NCBI RefSeq assembly: GCF_000196355.1
Contig: NC_007614.1
Span: forward strand, 2,700,001-2,732,000
Origin: Nitrosospira multiformis ATCC 25196
GTDB lineage: Bacteria > Pseudomonadota > Gammaproteobacteria > Burkholderiales > Nitrosomonadaceae
Direction of reading: 5' to 3'
DNA: 32,000 nucleotides
Below the pieces are notes generated by a model, which was not told the origin of the DNA, ran no database searches, and saw nothing but the letters and a program-made list of their open reading frames with translations. Shown here piece after piece: positions 29,795-32,000 of the stretch (position 1 is its first letter; the number at the start of each line of letters is the position of its first letter). Position numbers and translations under genes: made by a program.

Positions 29795-29992
29795 TTATGT
29801 GGAATGGTGTTGAACCAGGTTTTTCTGCATCAGTGCCTTTTCCAGGACCTCCTTCGCGTGGCACGCGCATATTCCGCACTGCTCGCTCACACCCAGGCAA
29901 GTCTTTAAGTCCCGCATCCGGTCGGCCCCTCGATGAATGACGGCCTCCCGGATGGCGGTATCGGTTACACCTTTGCAGACACAAATATACAT
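29795..29992 (-). CDS. bfd: Bacterioferritin-associated ferredoxin
   Basis: MYICVCKGVTDTAIREAVIHRGADRMRDLKTCLGVSEQCGICACHAKEVLEKAL with the BFD [2Fe-2S] Cys pattern; directly upstream of bfr. Confidence 0.93.
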   Translation of the reverse strand: MYICVCKGVTDTAIREAVIHRGADRMRDLKTCLGVSEQCGICACHAKEVLEKALMQKNLVQHHST

Positions 29993-30040
29993 GATGAGCG
30001 CCCTAAGTCTACTATTCCTGCTATTCGTCCAGTATTTCTG

Positions 30041-30226
30041 CTATTTGGTTAAAATGAGCTTACCGTTACGGGTACGCCGCAAGCGATATTGTTCGCCCTG
30101 ATGCTGGATAAACACCTCATCACCGTGGGAAAACAGCGCATCGCTATAGATGCATCGAGTCCGATCCAGCATGACGAACTTTTGTTTATCCGCGTTGGTT
30201 TCAGGAACTGTGAGTAACTTATCCAT
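30041..30226 (-). CDS. hemP: Hemin uptake protein HemP family
   Basis: From ATG 30226: MDKLLTVPETNADKQKFVMLDRTRCIYSDALFSHGDEVFIQHQGEQYRLRRTRNGKLILTK, with the GxxYxLRxTRxGKLILTK tail. The ORF opens further upstream at 30325 but the Fur box lies in that extension. Confidence 0.85.
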   Translation of the reverse strand: MDKLLTVPETNADKQKFVMLDRTRCIYSDALFSHGDEVFIQHQGEQYRLRRTRNGKLILTK

Positions 30227-30247
30227 GGCGCCGCTTCCGCAGTTATT

Positions 30248-30266
30248 AATGAGAATGATTCGTATT
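30248..30266. promoter_or_regulatory. Fur box upstream of hemP
   Basis: aatgagaatgattcgtatt; reverse complement AATACGAATCATTCTCATT fits the GATAAT/ATTATC-type Fur consensus. It is about 21 bp upstream of the HemP ATG. Confidence 0.65.
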
Positions 30267-30544
30267 ATAGGCGACTTTGGGTGAAATGCAAGAAGTGAAT
30301 AAAAAATTTTCTTGATATTTTTCAACAGATCGGTCGAAGGATCGCAAGTGATTTGCGTTGACCCCAGGTGTAGAATCAGATACTCCTATCCGGTAGGGTT
30401 ATCGTCGGTATAATATCCTCGGTCAGCATATGATTTATTTTCGCATCACACCCTGCAACATCACCATTATTCGCATCCTGCAGGCTCGCATGGATACTTC
30501 CCGTCATCTGTAGAACACCCGCGCAAAGCTGTCCTGTGCGCTAA

Positions 30545-31366
30545 ATGCAAAATTTTTCCATTCTTCCACATGAAATGGCCGCAAGTCTCTGGCGCAACAG
30601 AGATTTGATTGTCGCGCTTACCAAACGTGAAGTCATCGGGCGCTACCGCGGCTCTGTCATGGGCATGGCGTGGTCCTTCTTCAACCCATTGCTCATGCTC
30701 GTGATTTATACGTTCGTATTTTCAGTGGTGTTCAAGGCGCGCTGGGGAGTGGGTGGAGAAGAAAGCAAAGCAGATTTCGCGATTATTCTTTTTGTCGGCA
30801 TGATCGTGCATGGCCTGTTCGCCGAGTGCATCAACCGCGCACCCGCCTTGATCCTGTCGAACGTCAATTACGTGAAAAAAGTCATTTTCCCGCTGGAAAT
30901 ACTCCCTTGGGTAGCATTCGGCTCCGCGCTGTTTCACACGGTTATCAGCGTTGGCGTGCTGTTGCTGGCACAGCTCCTTATCAGCCATCAACTGCCCTGG
31001 ACTGTGATCCTTTTTCCCTTGGTCCTGCTTCCGCTCATTTTTATTTCGATGGGCTTTGCCTGGTTCCTGGCAGCCTTTGGCGTATTCGTGCGCGATATCG
31101 GACAGCTCACGGGAATGTTCACCACCGTGCTATTGTTTCTTTCCCCCGTGTTTTACCCCTTGAGCATCCTGCCTGAAAAATACCAGGGTTTATTACAGCT
31201 TAACCCGCTTGCGTTCATCATCGAGGAAGGAAGAAAGGTGCTCGTCTTCGGACAACTGCCGGACTTCGGTCACTGGAGCACCATGATGATTGCCTCCTTG
31301 CTGATGGCATGGGCAGGATTCGCCTGGTTTCAGAAAACCCGCAAGGGATTTGCCGATGTTCTCTGA
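30545..31366 (+). CDS. ABC-2 type polysaccharide/O-antigen exporter permease (Wzm/TagG-like)
   Basis: REVIGRYRGSVMGMAWSFFNPLLMLVIYTFVFSVVFKARWG, LFAECINRAPALILSNVNYVKKVIFPLEILPWVAF: typical TagG/Wzm. Confidence 0.93.
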   Translation: MQNFSILPHEMAASLWRNRDLIVALTKREVIGRYRGSVMGMAWSFFNPLLMLVIYTFVFSVVFKARWGVGGEESKADFAIILFVGMIVHGLFAECINRAPALILSNVNYVKKVIFPLEILPWVAFGSALFHTVISVGVLLLAQLLISHQLPWTVILFPLVLLPLIFISMGFAWFLAAFGVFVRDIGQLTGMFTTVLLFLSPVFYPLSILPEKYQGLLQLNPLAFIIEEGRKVLVFGQLPDFGHWSTMMIASLLMAWAGFAWFQKTRKGFADVL

Positions 31367-32000
31367 AGGAGAAAACGTCGCCAAAGCGACAATCCCGCTC
31401 GCTCTTGAATCAGCGGAGAAGAATCTCGAAACGAGCAACGAAAATGAAAAGGCAAGGAGAAGTTCCAGTGATACCGCCATCAGTGTTCGTGGCATTTCAA
31501 AATGCTACCAAATCTATGACGCACCTCGCGATCGGCTAAAGCAATTCATCATCCCGCGTCTTCGCCTGGCGAGACAACAGTCTCGCCAGTATTTCCGCGA
31601 GTTCTGGGCGCTCAAGGGTATCTCCTTTGAAGTAAGGAAAGGTGAAACGGTAGGCATCATTGGCCGTAATGGATCAGGCAAATCTACGCTATTGCAGATA
31701 ATCTGCGGCACCCTGACGCCGACGGCGGGAAGCGTAGAAACGAGGGGGCGCATTGCCGCCTTGCTGGAGTTAGGCTCCGGCTTCAATCCCGAATTTACGG
31801 GACGTGAAAACATCTACATGAATGGCGCAGTACTTGGATTGACTCGCGAGGAAATCGACGACCGCTTTGACTCGATCGTATCGTTTGCAGACATTGGGCA
31901 GTTCATCGACCAGCCAGTCAAGACCTATTCGAGCGGCATGTCCGTGCGCCTTGCTTTTGCGGTGCAGGCTCAGGTTGATCCGGATATCCTGATCGTGGAC
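31356..32000 (+). CDS. ABC exporter ATPase (Wzt/TagH-like), 3' truncated by the window edge
   Basis: Translation from ATG 31356: ISVRGISKCYQIYDAPRDRLKQF...FWALKGISFEVRKGETVGIIGRNGSGKSTLLQIICGTLTPTAGSVETRGRIAALLELGSGFNPEFTGRENIYMNGAVLGLTREEI...PVKTYSSGMSVRLAFAVQAQVDPDILIVD, with Walker A, signature motif and start of Walker B. Confidence 0.95.
   Translation, partial: MFSEGENVAKATIPLALESAEKNLETSNENEKARRSSSDTAISVRGISKCYQIYDAPRDRLKQFIIPRLRLARQQSRQYFREFWALKGISFEVRKGETVGIIGRNGSGKSTLLQIICGTLTPTAGSVETRGRIAALLELGSGFNPEFTGRENIYMNGAVLGLTREEIDDRFDSIVSFADIGQFIDQPVKTYSSGMSVRLAFAVQAQVDPDILIVD

Overview
The window looks like a betaproteobacterial chromosome, possibly an ammonia oxidiser of the Nitrosospira type; that is inferred from protein character only. 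From left to right on the minus strand it carries a conserved housekeeping block: der (partial), bamB, yfgM-like, hisS, ispG, rodZ-like with an 81-bp tandem repeat, rlmN, ndk, M1-like peptidase, chaN-like with a PDZ domain, and purL. The middle holds nnrD/nnrE-like (+), a stand-alone response regulator (-), a Crp/Fnr regulator (+), a 2-Cys peroxiredoxin (+) and a bacterioferritin-like protein (+). The most interesting part is 20.87-23.2 kb. It has an acyl-homoserine-lactone synthase (LuxI family) with a near-canonical lux box upstream. An atypical receiver-like protein is coupled to it by an ATGA overlap, and no LuxR is visible. Two further small coupled ORFs with strong Shine-Dalgarno sites lie behind a second, weaker CTG-N10-CAG site at almost the same spacing. 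About 0.5 kb of unexplained, hairpin-rich DNA separates this locus from a metal locus: TonB siderophore receptor, PepSY protein, DUF4198-like protein, two-domain multicopper oxidase. Next come a DUF2325 protein, bfr, bfd and hemP (with a Fur box), and finally the start of a polysaccharide ABC exporter (wzm/wzt-like). I saw no CRISPR array, tRNA, rRNA or intact mobile element.
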